NCBI RefSeq assembly: GCF_020745735.1 | Contig: NC_083449.1 | Span: forward strand, 10,452,923 to 10,516,922 | Length of the DNA: 64,000 bases | Origin: Hemiscyllium ocellatum | Lineage: Eukaryota | Direction of reading: 5' to 3' | In this document: positions 12,504 to 24,970 of the stretch, piece after piece | Position numbering within the stretch: position 1 is the first letter of the stretch | Layout of the letters: each line of letters begins with the position of its first letter | Made by a program: the position numbers and the translations under genes | Notes under the pieces: model-generated | Database searches by the model: none | The model's input: the letters and a program-made list of their open reading frames with translations, nothing else | What the model was told of the DNA's origin: nothing

Positions 12504-13184
12504 TCATTTCTTTGCTGCTGTCTTGGTTACTTTCCCTTTGGGCTTGGCCTTGCCTTTAGCCGGTTTGCTGAGGGGTTTGGGGGCTTTCGGACCCTTGGCC
12601 TTTTTCACCTTCTTCACGGGAGTCCGTTTCTTTGGCGCTGCTTTGCTCACCACTTTCTTTGGCGGTGCCGTCTTCTTGCCGCTCGCTTTCTTGGCTGGGG
12701 ATTTCTTGGTTATCGCTTTCTTGGCTGGGGATTTCTTGGCTGTCGCTTTCTTGGCCTGGGATTTCTTCGCTGTCGCTTTCTTGGCCGGTGATTTCTTCAC
12801 CGCCGGTTTCTTGGCGGCCGCTGATGTTCCCGCCTTCTTTCCCGCTTTTGCCTTGACTGGATTCTTTGGGAGTTTGAAGGAGCCGGAGACGCCCTGGCCC
12901 TTGACCAGAACAAGGGAGCCGTTCGCCAGGCACCTCCTGATACTCATCTTGATCTGTGTCTTTCGCTTTCCCACATCGATCCCACTTCGCTCTAGCGCCT
13001 TCTTTACTGCGGACAGAGACGCCCCTTTGCGATCCTTGATATCTCCGACAACATTCAGAATCAGCTCGCCCAACTGGGGACCGGGTGTTTTTTTCCTGGG
13101 AACCGCCGCCTTCTTCTTGGGTGCCTTGGCTTTAGTGGGAGCGGAGGCTGGAGGCGCCGTTTCGGTGGCTGCACTGTCGCTCAT
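12504..13184 (-). CDS. H1: Replication-dependent linker histone H1, 226 aa
   Basis: MSDSAATETAPPA..., winged-helix domain (GASLSAVKKAL...KGQGVSGSFKL) and a K/A/P-rich tail with SPAK motifs. Intronless, with a stem-loop downstream. The real ATG is at 13184, not 13238. Confidence 0.95.
   Translation of the reverse strand: MSDSAATETAPPASAPTKAKAPKKKAAVPRKKTPGPQLGELILNVVGDIKDRKGASLSAVKKALERSGIDVGKRKTQIKMSIRRCLANGSLVLVKGQGVSGSFKLPKNPVKAKAGKKAGTSAAAKKPAVKKSPAKKATAKKSQAKKATAKKSPAKKAITKKSPAKKASGKKTAPPKKVVSKAAPKKRTPVKKVKKAKGPKAPKPLSKPAKGKAKPKGKVTKTAAKK
12678..12797 (-). repeat. Four 30-bp coding tandem repeats (KKSPAKKATA) in the H1 tail
   Basis: tcgctttcttggc.gg.gatttctt recurs every 30 bp. Confidence 0.9.
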
Positions 13185-13331
13185 GTTGAGAACTCTGCGC
13201 TGAATCTCTCTCTGGGTCAGTCTGAACTGGGTCAGCAATGAAGCTGCTGGCGGCGGCGCTGAGCAACTTCAAGGCAGCGAGCGGACGGCGCAGGGACAAC
13301 CTGCCGTCAGCTTCCTGCTCGTGCTGCCTCT

Positions 13332-13694
13332 CTGTGTTTCTCTAACGGCCTAAACTCTCCGATTCCTCTGAAATTCCGCATTTCCAGAGAGCCAGGCTGG
13401 ATCGCTCCTGACCCAGACGCGGGAAGGTTTGCGACTGAAAAGTTTTCACTCGAAAAGATGGCTCCGCTGTCGAGTTAAACGCATTGTGCTGCCGTACAGA
13501 TCGAGCTGTTTGAGCTGAACGCTGACATTGTCGGTACATTTTGACTAAAATCTTGAAATCAACGAATATATTGTCTTAAATTCTACCTTTGGGGTCTAGT
13601 GGGGGAGCCGGGGAATAAGTTGAATTGAAAATGTTTTTGATTTTCACAAGAGAGACCCAGAAATATCATAATATTCATGGACACACAAACACAG
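13332..13694 (-). promoter_or_regulatory. H1 promoter: H1/AC box (AAACACA, 13333-13339) and upstream TG box (TGTGTTT, 13687-13693)
   Basis: Both motifs read directly. They form a perfect 8-bp inverted pair (ctgtgttt / aaacacag) offset by 354 bp. Confidence 0.75.
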
Positions 13695-15138
13695 TTACGT
13701 TCGACTAACCGTCCGCCCTTTTCCGACGGTCTCTCTGACACAATATTCACATTCACACAGTCACACGCCAAAAATATCACCAAATGTAAGTGTGAAAGGA
13801 TAGAATTTCTCCTCCTTTCAACTTTTGCTGCCGTGTCCAGGGAGTTAGTTGTAGTTTTTCTCCTCAGAAACTGTTACACTCTCATCAGCTCCACTGTTTG
13901 CATCCTCAAAGATGGCCAGTCGGTTTATCAAGCTTAGAAGACAGAACAGTGTGCACTGATCCTGAATACTGTTTTGTCAAATGCTTCGCAATTGAAGCTT
14001 TCAATTTGATTTTTTCCCTGCAGGCTGACTGGTCTATCGTTCACAATTTTATACCTGCCTCCCTTTTCGATTGGATTGCTTATACTACCTAGCCCCCAAT
14101 CTGTGTACATTATTGCAGAGCTTATGGAATCTTGGAACATGACCATCACTGCATCCAGTATTACTCAGTCCACTACATTAAATACTCTGGGACGTAGATG
14201 ATCAAGGACTGGTGTTTCCCAACCTTCAATCCTATCCAATGTCCCAACATCATTTCCCAAATATACTGATTTGGTTCAGTTCTTGCCTTTCACTAAACTC
14301 ACCAATATCACTACTGTGTTAGTTGTGTGAACATTTGTGAACAGAGAACAATAGTATGTTAACGTTTTTGAGACATTTTTGTTCCCCATTTTGAACTTCC
14401 CTCTTTAATGTTGTAAGTGGCATGTGGTCCTCTTTGTCAACCTATTTATGTTCATTTCTCTCTTTACACACTTATTAGTGTTTTAGCAGGTTTTTTTTAT
14501 AAAATGGTTTCCACAACATTACTCTCTTCTTCATTTGTTCTTTGTTAGTTAAATCCCTTTTTGCAATCATTTGCTGAATTTGGATCTGTTTGCAGCCTTC
14601 CCGTCTCCCTATATTTCTTCCCAAATTGTAGGCCTTTTCTTTGGACCAAAAATTATCTTAAGTAGTCGTTTCAAGTTTCACAACATTCTTTTTTATAGGA
14701 GAGAGACCAGAATTGCATATAATATTCCAAAAGTGGCATTACCAATGTTCTGTAAACCCATAACATGTTCTCCTAAGTCACATATGCAGAGCTCTGACCA
14801 GTAAAGGAAAACAAATCAAATGCCTTCTTTGCTATTCTATCTAACTATAACCCCACATTCAAGTAACAACGAACCTGCATTCCATTTGTTCAGCAACACT
14901 CCACAGGACCTTTATGTTAAGTGTGTAAGTCCTGCCCTGATTTGCCTTTCCAATTGCAGCACCTCATATTGATTTAAATTGAACTCAATATGTCACTCCT
15001 GGGTCCAGTGGCCCATCAGATTGAGATCCTGCTGTATTCTGAGGTAGCCTTCTTTGCTGTTTACTACACCTACAATTTTTGTGTAATCTGCAAACTTACT
15101 AACAATACCTGCAACCTCACATCCAAATCATTCGTAAG

Positions 15139-15331
15139 AATGTGGAGGTGTAGGTGCTGGACAAGAGTGTGCTAAGTTAAAAATGACACTGCACCAGGTT
15201 ATAGTCCAACAGGTTTATTTGGAAGTACAAGCTTTCTAAATCCAGACACCTGATGGAGGAGCAGCACTCTGAAAGTTTGTACTTCTAAATAAACCTGTTG
15301 GAATATAACCTGGTGTTGTCATTTTTTAACT
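15139..15331. mobile_element. Palindromic Penelope terminal-repeat element with a degenerate hammerhead
   Basis: Arms aagttaaaaatgacactgcaccaggttatagtccaacaggtttatttggaagtacaagc and its near reverse complement. Core cacCTGATGGagagagcagcactctGAAAgttt. Flanked by aaatcatt on both sides. Confidence 0.75.
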
Positions 15332-15863
15332 AAAATCATTTATGTAAATGATGAAAAGCAGTGGACTCAGCAGTGATCCTTGTAGCACAACAATTGTCAC
15401 AGGCCTCCAGTCTGAAAAGCATCCCTCCACCACCACCCTTTGTCTTTGAACAAGTTCTGTATCCAAATGGCTAGTTCTCCCTGTATTCCGTGTGATCCAA
15501 TCTTGGTAACCAATTTCCCATGGGGAACCTTGTCAAACGCCTTACTGAAGGCCATATAGATCACATCCACCACTTTGCCCTCATCAGTTACCAATTCAAA
15601 AAAATCTCAGTCGAGTTCACGATATATGACTTCCCACATAGAAAGTCATGTTGACTACCCCTAATCAATCCTGGCCTTTCAAAAAGATGTAATCCTATCT
15701 CTCACTGTCCCTCAACTGTTTGCCTACTGTTGATGTTACACTCACTGATCAATAGTTCCCTGGCTTTTCCTTACCACCTTTCTTAAATAGTGGCACCACG
15801 TTAGCCGGCCTCCAGCCTATTTGCACTTCAACTATGATTATGGATGATACAAATATCTCAGCA

Positions 15864-16179
15864 AGATTAGATTCAATTACTAACAGTGTGGAAACAGGCC
15901 CTTCGGCCCAACAAGTCCAGATCGACCCACTGAAGCGCAACCCACCCATTCGCCTACATTTACCCCTTTACCTAACACTACGGGCAATTTAGCATGACCA
16001 ATTCCCCTGACCTGCACATCTTTGGACTGTGGGAGGAAATCAGAGCACCCGGAGGAAACCCACGCAGATACAGGGAGAATGTACAAATTCCATACAGTCA
16101 GTCACCTGAGTCGGGAATTGAATCCGGGTCTCTGGCGCTGTGAGGCAGCAGTGCTAACCATTGTGCCACCGTGCCGCCC
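15864..16179 (-). mobile_element. HE1-family tRNA-derived SINE
   Basis: Head gggcggcacggtggcacaatggttagcactgctgcctcacag, B-box-like motif, tail gaagggcctgtttccacactg. Confidence 0.9.
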
Positions 16180-19044
16180 ACTCAAGGGGCCCAACAATCA
16201 CATCCCTAGCCTATCATAATTTTCCAGGTTCGCCAGATCAGGTGCTCGTGCTTTATCCACCTTTTCCGTTTAAAATCATCCAGCAGTAATAATCCTCTGT
16301 ATTATGGACATTTTTAAAGATGTCACTACCTGTTTCCCCATATTCTATATCTTCCACTTCCTTCTCCTCTGTAAGCACTCGCTTATTATCTCCCACTTTT
16401 CCTTTTCTTCTACACGTAGGCTGCCTTGGGGCCATCTTCTTTCCCTGGTTACCCTTTTGACCTTCATGTATTATTAAAATCTATTTGAATTCTCCTTAAC
16501 ATATTTGCCAAAGGTATGTTATGTCCCTTTTTTGCCCTCCTCATTTCCTTCTCAAGTATATCCCTACCGCCTTTATACTCTTCGAAGGATTCACTCAACC
16601 TCTCCTGAATTTAACTAACATATGCTTCCATTTTATTTGGACCAAAACCTCAACTTCTTTTCTCATGCAGCACTTCCTACACCTACCAGGCATGCCTTTC
16701 ACCCAAACAGGAACATACTGTCTCTGTACCCTCATTTTCTAAGGTTTTCCCGTCAGTCAACTTTTGAAAGTTTTTGCACAATACTCTCAAAATTGGCCTT
16801 CCTCCAAATTAGAAAAACAATGTTTAGATCTGGTCTATCCTTTTCCATCAGAGTTTTAAAACTAATAAAATTATGGTCATTGGCCCCAAAGTGCTCCCCC
16901 ACTGACACATCATTATATCACAAGAGTAGGTCAAGATTTACACCTTGTCTAGAAAATACATTCACATACTGAATCAGAAACTTTTCTTGTACACACTTAA
17001 GAAATGTCTTTCTGTCTAAACCATTAACAATATGGCAGCCATAATCTATGTTTGAATGTTCAACTCCCTCACCATAACCACACCATTATTCCTGCAGATC
17101 TACGATCTCCTGACAAATTTGTTTCTCAATATCCTGTTGACTGTTAAGGTGTCTACAGTCCAATCCCAATAAGATGATTAAACCCTTTCTTATTTCTCAT
17201 TTCCATCCAAATAATTTCCATGGATATAAGTCCAGGAATATCTTCCCTCAGTAAAGATGTGATCTTATCTCTTACCAAACATGTCACTCCCCATTTTCTC
17301 TTGCTGACCCCTCCCCCCATCCTTTCTATAACATTTGATTCCTGGAACATTAAGCTGCCAGTTGTGTCATCCCCAAACCATGTCTTTCTAATTGCTATGA
17401 TATCCCAATTCCAATCCCATTTTCCTAACCATGTCCTGAGTTCATCCTCCTTCCCTGTTAGGCCTCTTGCATTGAAATAAATGCAGTTTAAGTTATCAAT
17501 CCAACCACATTCTCTGCTACGTTCCTGTCTGCCCTGGGTGTTTGACTTACCGACTCACCAGCCTCAGATTGATATCTTTGTTCACTATCTCCCCGGTTCC
17601 CACTGACCTCACCCCATGCCCACACCTTGCTAATTTAACCCGTCCCCAGCAGCTCAAGGAAATGTCCCTGCCAATATGGTAGATCCCCTCCAATTCAGGT
17701 GTATTCCATCCTTTTTTTCTACAAGTCACGTCTTTCCCAGAAGAGATTCCAATTATCCAAAAATTTGAACACCTCTCCCCTGCACCAGCTCCTGAGTCGG
17801 GCATTCCGCTGCTCTATCATCGTATTCCTACCCTCAGTCGCTCGTAGCAGTGGGAGTAACCTAGATATTACTACCAAACATGAACTCCTTTCTAAATTTT
17901 TGCCCCTCTTCCTTATTCTTCCTTCAGAATCTCATCCCTTTCCCTTCCTATGTAGGTAGTTCCAATATGTACGTCCCTTTGATAATATCCTGCACTCTCT
18001 CCGAAATATCCTTGATCCTTACACCAGGGAGGCAACACACTATCCTGATTTCACGCTATCGACCAGAGAGACGTCTATGCCGTTGACAAAGAGATTCGAG
18101 TTTTGTTATTTGTAAAAGGAGGACCTTCGAAATCGCAACGACTTCCATCTAAAACGATAAAGGCAGCTGATGTCAGGGAACACCGCCTTGATGTCGGATA
18201 AGTTCCCCACTAAGGCACTCACCATGCTGACTTGGAAATAAAACCTCTTTCTTTCACTGTCATTGGATCAAGACCCTGGAACTCCCTATTCATGGCATTG
18301 TGGGCAGCACATGGACAACAGCTGTTCCAGAAGGTGGCTCAACACCGCCTTCTCAAAGGGATGGAGAATAAATGGTAGGCTCAGTCAGCGACATCCACGT
18401 TCGGAGTGAATAAACAAAAACAGCTGGGGGTGTCTCGTTGTGGCATACAATGCATCACAAAGTTTCTGTCTACAGCATACCTGACACTAAAATCTGTCAT
18501 CCACGATAAACTAAACCGAGTCCCAGAGATGTTATTGCACACCAAGTCTGACTTTTCCACGGGCCTCCTGACCCAGAAATAAGCACTGACACTGTGACGC
18601 AAGGCTCTCTCCATCAGTTATTTTCTGCCTTCGTAAGACTGGTCCACTTATTCCATCTCTCTGTATGATACTTTGAGTTAATATTTGTGGATATGGGGTC
18701 AGCAGGATTAAATACCACAGTTAACATTCGATCAGACGTGATGTTATCGAATGGGGGAGCAAACATGATGGGCCGATTGGCCGCCAGCTTCCCCGCTCCC
18801 TGATCAGATTGACCAGTGAGCCGGAGGGAGGAGTTATTAACATGACCCGGGAATGAGTGCCATTGGAGCTTCACAAAGGGACAATGTCCCAGCTCGAAAC
18901 GTTATCTGCTCTTTCCCCCACAGCCCCAGTTCCTTTGGTCAAACTGGGAGAATTAGGGAAATGACCAATTGATGTTTGTTTCTGGGAATTTTGGGGAAAA
19001 CATCGTACGCTCGCCCTCCCCAATGCTGATTGTTCCTGACCAGA

Positions 19045-19243
19045 GGAGCGCATGCGTGAGAGCCTCTGCCAGCGCTGCCATTGAGGAGCATTTACTCAGT
19101 GAGTGTAAGAGGTTTGTTTGAAACAGACCGCAATGGAGAGATCAGCGCCCAGGGAAGCGAGGGAACAGCAGGCTCCTTCCAGCGGCACATCGGGATGGGA
19201 GCCTGGGACACAGAGGGGGCTCCGAGACCGGGACTGTTTCGGG
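19045..19243 (+). promoter_or_regulatory. Promoter and putative first exon of the unidentified gene family, copy B
   Basis: gcgcatgcgt at 19048-19057. Exon ends at TTCGGG|gtgagt (19243). Confidence 0.6.
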
Positions 19244-19506
19244 GTGAGTTCAGGGAAGTTCTCTGTTCTGTTCCATTCTCCCGGTTCGGGGGCTGTTTGT
19301 CAGAGGCCGAGCGGAGCAGGAACTGGTCCCAGCACGTGGAGTAACCGGACGGGGGCGGGGGTTGGGGGGCAAGAGAGAGGCCTTTCTCGGGCTGTGTGTG
19401 GGCCTGCTGAGGGAGGCAGAGCGGGAAAAAGCTGCTGTGGGACATTCTTGTGGTTTGCAATCCCATAAACACGGATGGAAATTCATTGTTTGGCTTCTGT
19501 TTCACG

Positions 19507-19587
19507 CTGAAAATGTGTTGCTGGAAAAGCGCAGCAAGTCAGGCAGTATCCAAGGACCAGGAGAATCGACATTTCGGGCATGAGCCT
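19507..19587 (-). mobile_element. 81-bp Penelope terminal-repeat mini-insertion, 5'-truncated within the hammerhead
   Basis: 12-bp TSD ttctgtttcacg (19495-19506, 19588-19599). Absent from the other three paralogs. Confidence 0.85.
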
Positions 19588-20023
19588 TTCTGTTTCACGA
19601 TGTTCATTGCGAATAGACATTGAAATAAAGGACAATAGAAACAAATGTGATAATCCTGTGTAGAATAAATATAGAAGGCACCGGGTAAACGTATCCAAGT
19701 ATGTGAAATCGTGCCTAGTATTTGTTTTTCAACAGTTAATGTGTTGGGAGCTGGAAATTGAACTGTGTAATCATTCCATTTGTGGAGATGTCCATATGTT
19801 GGTGAGTTTATTTTATCTCACTGAAATATTTTAGAATTTGGGAAACAGAAAAAACTGGAAGGAGTCAGGGCTCGAGTGGAACCAGGATCTGCACTGTTCT
19901 CCTTGCCCTGTTCAAAAACAAAGAATTATAATGATCATGACCTGAATATTGCATTGATCATTTGATGTCTTCCTACTCAGCTGCCAGTGATTTATAGGAG
20001 CTCTCTCTTTTGTCTTTCTCCAG

Positions 20024-20078
20024 GCAAATATTTGATGGATCAATCCAAGAATGACCAGCTGCTTCTCACATCCAGCAG
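20024..20078 (+). other. 55-nt exon of the unidentified gene family (copy B, exon 2)
   Basis: tctttctccag|GCAAATATTTGATG...CCAGCAG|gtatgt. Reads (G)KYLMDQSKNDQLLLTSSR. Confidence 0.55.
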
Positions 20079-20759
20079 GTATGTTACTACTGTCAGAGAG
20101 GAGAATATCCTTTCCACTAAGCGGATTGAGTCAGACACACATTGAGCTCCATTTCCAGAAGTACACATTCAACCCAAGAGTTAAACACAACTGCCGATAT
20201 ATAAATGTACATTATTTTACCCTGTTCTCAGTGTTTACCACCTCAGTGACAGTAAATTCTGTTATTCAAAGCCAATTATCATTCATAAAAGATTAGAAGC
20301 AGGTTAGCCTGTATGCTTATAATAAATACACATTTATGAGCTGCATCAAATTCATATGTAGATTTGGCATTTTTAAAGTTACAATCAATTTGAACAAACC
20401 GATCATGGTGTTACATTGTTATAACAAATATAAATATGAAGTGTATATTTGAGTACAGACATAGAAGCAATGTTGGACATTTGAGTAATTGAGCAGGACA
20501 AAATTGTTCCAGGATTTGAACATCTTTCCTTCAGTAAGGTGTCCAGAACAGAACAAAACCAGCCTGGGTAACAGAAGGCCAACTCCTTTTGTCAAATGTA
20601 TTTCTAAATTCAGCTACTGTTGCCTGTAAGGTGTAACACACATATAAAGAAATACCCAACAGAACAAAGATGCATCTCCAAAATGATCTAATATTCTCCA
20701 TTCAATACTTGTGCTGTCTCCAGAATTAATTTATTTTCTGCTCTCTGTTATGTATTGGG

Positions 20760-20925
20760 TGTTGGGTTAGCTCACTTGGCTGGATGGCTCGTTTGGAATG
20801 TGGAGTAACATCGACAGCATGGGTTTGAATCTCTCACTGGCTGAGGTTACCATGAAGGACTGTCCTTCCCCACCTCTACCCTTGTCTGAGGCATGGTAAC
20901 GCTCAGGTTAAACCATCACCTATCA
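20760..20925 (+). mobile_element. Older tRNA-derived SINE (not HE1)
   Basis: A-box-like ttagctcacttgg and B-box-like gggtttgaatc, then ggctgaggttaccatgaagg...ctcaggttaaaccatcacc. Confidence 0.55.
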
Positions 20926-21321
20926 GTTGTTACTCTCTCGCTCTGACACTCCAGGTGAGGTCTAACAAGGGTCTTGTACAAGTTCAACATCACCTCCCTG
21001 TTCTCGGACTCTCGGCCCTGATTAATGAAGCCAAGGATGCTGTGTGTTTTATTAACCCCTCTCCCCGTTATGCCACCTTCACTGATCTGTGCACATATAC
21101 CCCCAGCTCCATCTGTTCCTGCATCACCTTTTAGAACTTTACCCCCCTATTTTGTATTGTCTTTCCATTTCTTTCACACAGTGTCCTTCACCAAATTTGT
21201 ATTAGATCAATTTTTGTCTTTATTTTCCAGTGTTGACGAATTAAAACCTATTTTGTAAGTCAAACTTCATTTTCTCCCTCCGTGTCATTTTGTTTCATTT
21301 CCTTGCTACTAACCAACAAAA

Positions 21322-21858
21322 TAATTCTGGTCTCCTTCTTATTGGAAAGATGTTGTGAAAGTTGAAAGGGTTCAGAAAAGATTTACAAGAATGTTGCCAG
21401 GTTTGGAGGATCTGAGCTACAGGGAGAGGCTGAACAGGCTGGGGCTGTTTTCCCTGGAGCGTCGGAGGCTGAGGGGTGACATTATAGAGGTTTACAAAAT
21501 TATGAGGGGCATGGATAGAATAAATAGGCAAAATCTTTTCTCTGGGGTCGGGGAGTCCAGAACTAGAGGGCATAGGTTTAGGGTGAGAGGGGAAAGATAT
21601 AAAAGAGACCTAAACGGCAACTTTTTCATGCAGAGGGTAGTACGTGTATGGAATGAGCTGCCAAAGGATGTGGTGGAGGCTGGTACAATTGTAACATTTA
21701 AGAGGCATTTGGATGGGCGTATGAATAGGAAGGATTTGGAGGGATATGGGCTGGGTGCTGGCAGGTAGGACTAGATTGGGTTGGGATATCTGGTCGGCAT
21801 GGACGTGTTGGACTGAAGGGTCTGTTTCCATGCTGTATATCTCTATGACTCTATAACT
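21322..21858 (+). mobile_element. Young 5'-truncated CR1 insertion (ORF2 C-terminus still open, 21355-21768)
   Basis: ERVQKRFTRMLPGL...GLFSLERRRLRGD...RVVRVWNELP followed by a ctctatgactctat tail. Confidence 0.9.
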
Positions 21859-21999
21859 CCACAAAAACATTCAGGCTAGGATCAGGTTGAGCCCATCTGG
21901 CCCCTCAGAAAACTGCTCGCCTATTTGATACAATTGTAGTTGATCCCATCTCAGCCTCAAATCCACCTAGCTGCTCACACTCTCTTTGACCCATCACTG

Positions 22000-22695
22000 C
22001 ATAAATTGAAAGAGGAGACAGACAGAACGTTAGTCAGTGTCCTGGGTGGTGGTGGCGGGTTCCCACAGATGTACAACCCCCTCCTCATTTGAGAGATTTC
22101 ATTCCTCCTTATCTCCATTTTCAGTCTGCCCAGTCCCTTATCCTAAAACAATAACCTCTCATTCTAGATTGTCCCACATGAGCAAACATCCTTTCTCCAT
22201 CTCCTTTGTCAATCCCCACTTTAGCATCTTAGAACTAATTGAGGGTTATATCTTCCAAAATCCAGAGTAACACCCTTCATCTCTGAAAATGATTGAGTGA
22301 ATCTCTTCAGAACTACTTCCAGTATAACTGCATCTGTCCTCTAGAGATCAAAATTGTACAAGACTAACCTTTCATCTTGGCAATCAATTCAGCGAACCTC
22401 CTCTGAACTCCTCCTAATTCAACTACATCCCTCCTCAAGTAAGGGGACCAAACCTGTCTGCAATAGTCTGGATATGGAAACCCCAATACCTTGTCCAGTT
22501 GCAGTAACATTTCCCTACTTTCATACTCCATTCCTTTCGCAATAACTGCCTTCCTTATGACCCACTGTAGCTGTATACTACTTTGAGATTCATGCACAAA
22601 GACACCCTGCTCCCTTTGCACCAACACAATTTGAACTTTCTCTCCCATTCAGATGACAACTTGCCTTTTTCAATTCTTCCAACTACAATGGATAG
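22000..22695 (-). mobile_element. Decayed CR1 fragments
   Basis: Minus ORF 22364-22648 reads ...QVWSPYLRRDVVELGGVQRRF. Confidence 0.75.
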
Positions 22696-23199
22696 CCTCA
22701 CCACTGACGAGACTGACCAACGCTCAGTTCAGTGCCTAACGGAAATTGATAGTGTGTCCTCGATTTGAACTATTGTACTTTAGATTTGCAAACGAGTCAG
22801 ACACAATGGGTCCATTTGCTCCAAATTGTCTAACAAATGTAAAATTGCTGGGTTTGCACCCCAGAGTGATTTTCAGGTTATTTGGACAGTGTTTGAATGC
22901 TGTTCGAAGTTGCTAAACACCTCACTAATTTACCTGTGCCATCGAGAACTGTTGGAAGAATCAGCTGGAGAAAATGAGAGAGAAAGAACATGGGAAAGTT
23001 TTACTGTAAATATTCAGCTTCTCCTGCTAGCAAATGAATCTGGATTCTTTGACTGATGTGCAAGCAACAAGCATTCCAATGTTAACCTTTACTTTATATC
23101 TGTGCTGTCCATTACTTTGTATGTCTCCCCAAGGAATTTCATCTGCCACTTGTTCAGCCTGCCCATATTCCCACATAGTGTTTTATTATTTGTTTTTAA

Positions 23200-23665
23200 A
23201 TTCACTTGTGGGTTGTGGAAATCACTGGCTGGGCCAAGAATTTATTATCCATCCCTCGTTAGCCCCTTGAGAAGGAAGTAGTGAGCTGCCTTATTTAACC
23301 ACTGCAGCCCCTGTGCTGTAGGTAGACCCACAATACCATTAGAAAGGGAACTGCAGGATGTTGACCCAGCAACACTAAATGAACAGCTAAGATATTTCCA
23401 TGTTGGGATAATGAGTGGCTCAGGGAGAAACTTGCAGGAGGTGGTATTCTCATGTATCTGCTGTCCTTGCCCTTCTAGATGGAACTGGTTGTGGATTTGG
23501 AAGGTGCTGCCTGAGGACCTTTGGTTAATTTCTGCAGTGAATCTCATAGATGATACACACTGCTGCTACTGAGCACGGGTAGTGGAGCATGTGGATATTT
23601 GTGGATACAGTGCCAATCAAACATGTGTTGTGTTATCTCTGGATGGTGTTTGTCTTCTCAATTGT
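23200..23665 (-). mobile_element. L2/CR1-group LINE 3' fragment in an FCRL intron
   Basis: Minus frame TWKYLSCSFSVAGSTSCSSLSN..GLQWLNKAAHYFLLKG. Related fragments at ~18165-18410 and ~58090-58350. Confidence 0.7.
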
Positions 23666-24399
23666 TGTCTACAAGATGCACTGCAGAAGTGAGTGCATTT
23701 GCGTGTGTGAAATGTGTGCGTGTCTCTCTCTCTCATATACTTGCACACCTTCATACTCTCAGTCAAACACACTCTCACTCATACTCTCTCATACACACAC
23801 CCTCATACACTCTATGTGAGCAACTATAGTTTGAAACCCATGTCGAATCCCGACTGGAGAACGAACACCAACATTACCTGCCAGAGTGTCTCACCCACCT
23901 TGTTTCCTGGTCCAGAGTTTAATGTGAAGCCATGTGACAAGAGAAAGGATCAGAAACATTGGGACAATGAGTGCTGCCATCTCAGCGCTGTGTTCCTGTG
24001 CTGGATTCAGAGAGCGATTTCCTATCAATAACATCATTCCTTCAGCAAACACCAATCTTAGTGTTTCCTATTCCCTGTTGCCCTGACCCTCTGCTAACAC
24101 CCGTCCATTCGGAAGGATAACCTTGTGTCTGTGAAATTCGCTCCAAACCCCCACCATCGCAGTGGCTTCACTGTTTCTGTGCAGCCTGTCTCATTAATAA
24201 CAACCCATCAATCCAACCCAGACTCTTCAATGCTAAACCCAAAAGATCACTCTGCACCCACTCTCTCTAAATTGTCAGCTAGAAATTAATGTCCCTCATT
24301 CTCACGGCCTATATATAATCGAGGCAAAACCTCCCTTTGTCCTCTACCTGCCAGCGGCAACTGTGCCATTCGTAGAGAAACAATTTGGCCCCTCCACAG

Positions 24400-24970
24400 C
24401 CTGCTCGGCCCATTCAATGGAGTTATGGCTGATCACCTAACTTGGTCCCGTGTCTCCCCGCGCTCTCCCTTTCGCTCTTAAGAACTCTATCCAACTCCTT
24501 CCTGAACAACATTCAGTGTTCTGGTCATGACTGCTTTCTGTGGCAGAGAATTCCACATTCTCCCCACTCTCTGGATAAAGACATCTCTCCCCATCTCAAT
24601 CTTGCACCGTCTCCTTTGGGCTGTGACCCGCTGGTTCTGGACTCTCCATCCGGTCACCAGAAACACCCTCCCTGTGTCTACTCTGTCTCATCTTTGTTCA
24701 AATTCATAGGCATCTATGAGACTCCCCCTTAATTCTTCTAAACTCCAATGAATATCATCCTAGCTGATCTGATCTCTCTCCATCTGTCAGTCCTGCCATC
24801 CCAGGAATCAGTCTGGGAAACCTTTGCTGCACTCCCTCCATAGACACAATATCCTTCCTCAGGTAAGGAGACCCCAAACTGCACATACAGTTCTCCAGAG
24901 TGTGGTGTCACCCTGTCCAATTGTAGCAAGTCACTCCTGCTCCTGGACTTGAATCCTCACACGATGAAGG
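24400..24970 (-). mobile_element. CR1 3' fragment
   Basis: ggcagagaattccaca, ctccaatgaata, cccaggaatcagtctgg..cctttgctgcactccctcc are reverse-strand CR1 ORF2 C-terminal motifs. Confidence 0.75.

Larger units (their letters stand above)
13840..18060 (-). mobile_element. Decayed CR1 LINE fragments (ORF1 remnant, endonuclease, RT) with nested insertions
   Basis: Minus ORFs read VDVIYMAFSKAFDKVPHGKL, WRPANVVPLFKKG and EIIWMEMRNKKG. Confidence 0.8.
18168..20505. repeat. Inverted segmental duplication arm, partner 55953-58350
   Basis: 18168 tgatgtcagggaacaccgccttgatgtcgga is the reverse complement of ~58320-58351. 20461 atagaagcaatgttggaca is the reverse complement of ~55980-55998. Confidence 0.92.

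Noticed and set aside
12444-13203. Long plus-strand ORFs (226 aa, 115 aa) and the alternative-frame 125-aa ORF over H1
   Set aside because: Shadow ORFs caused by the Lys/Ala/Pro codon bias of H1. No independent signals.
18381-18874. ORFs and a possible divergent exon upstream of copy B
   Set aside because: Frames and the candidate donor (cag|gtatgc) are not conserved in the paralog at ~57700-58100.
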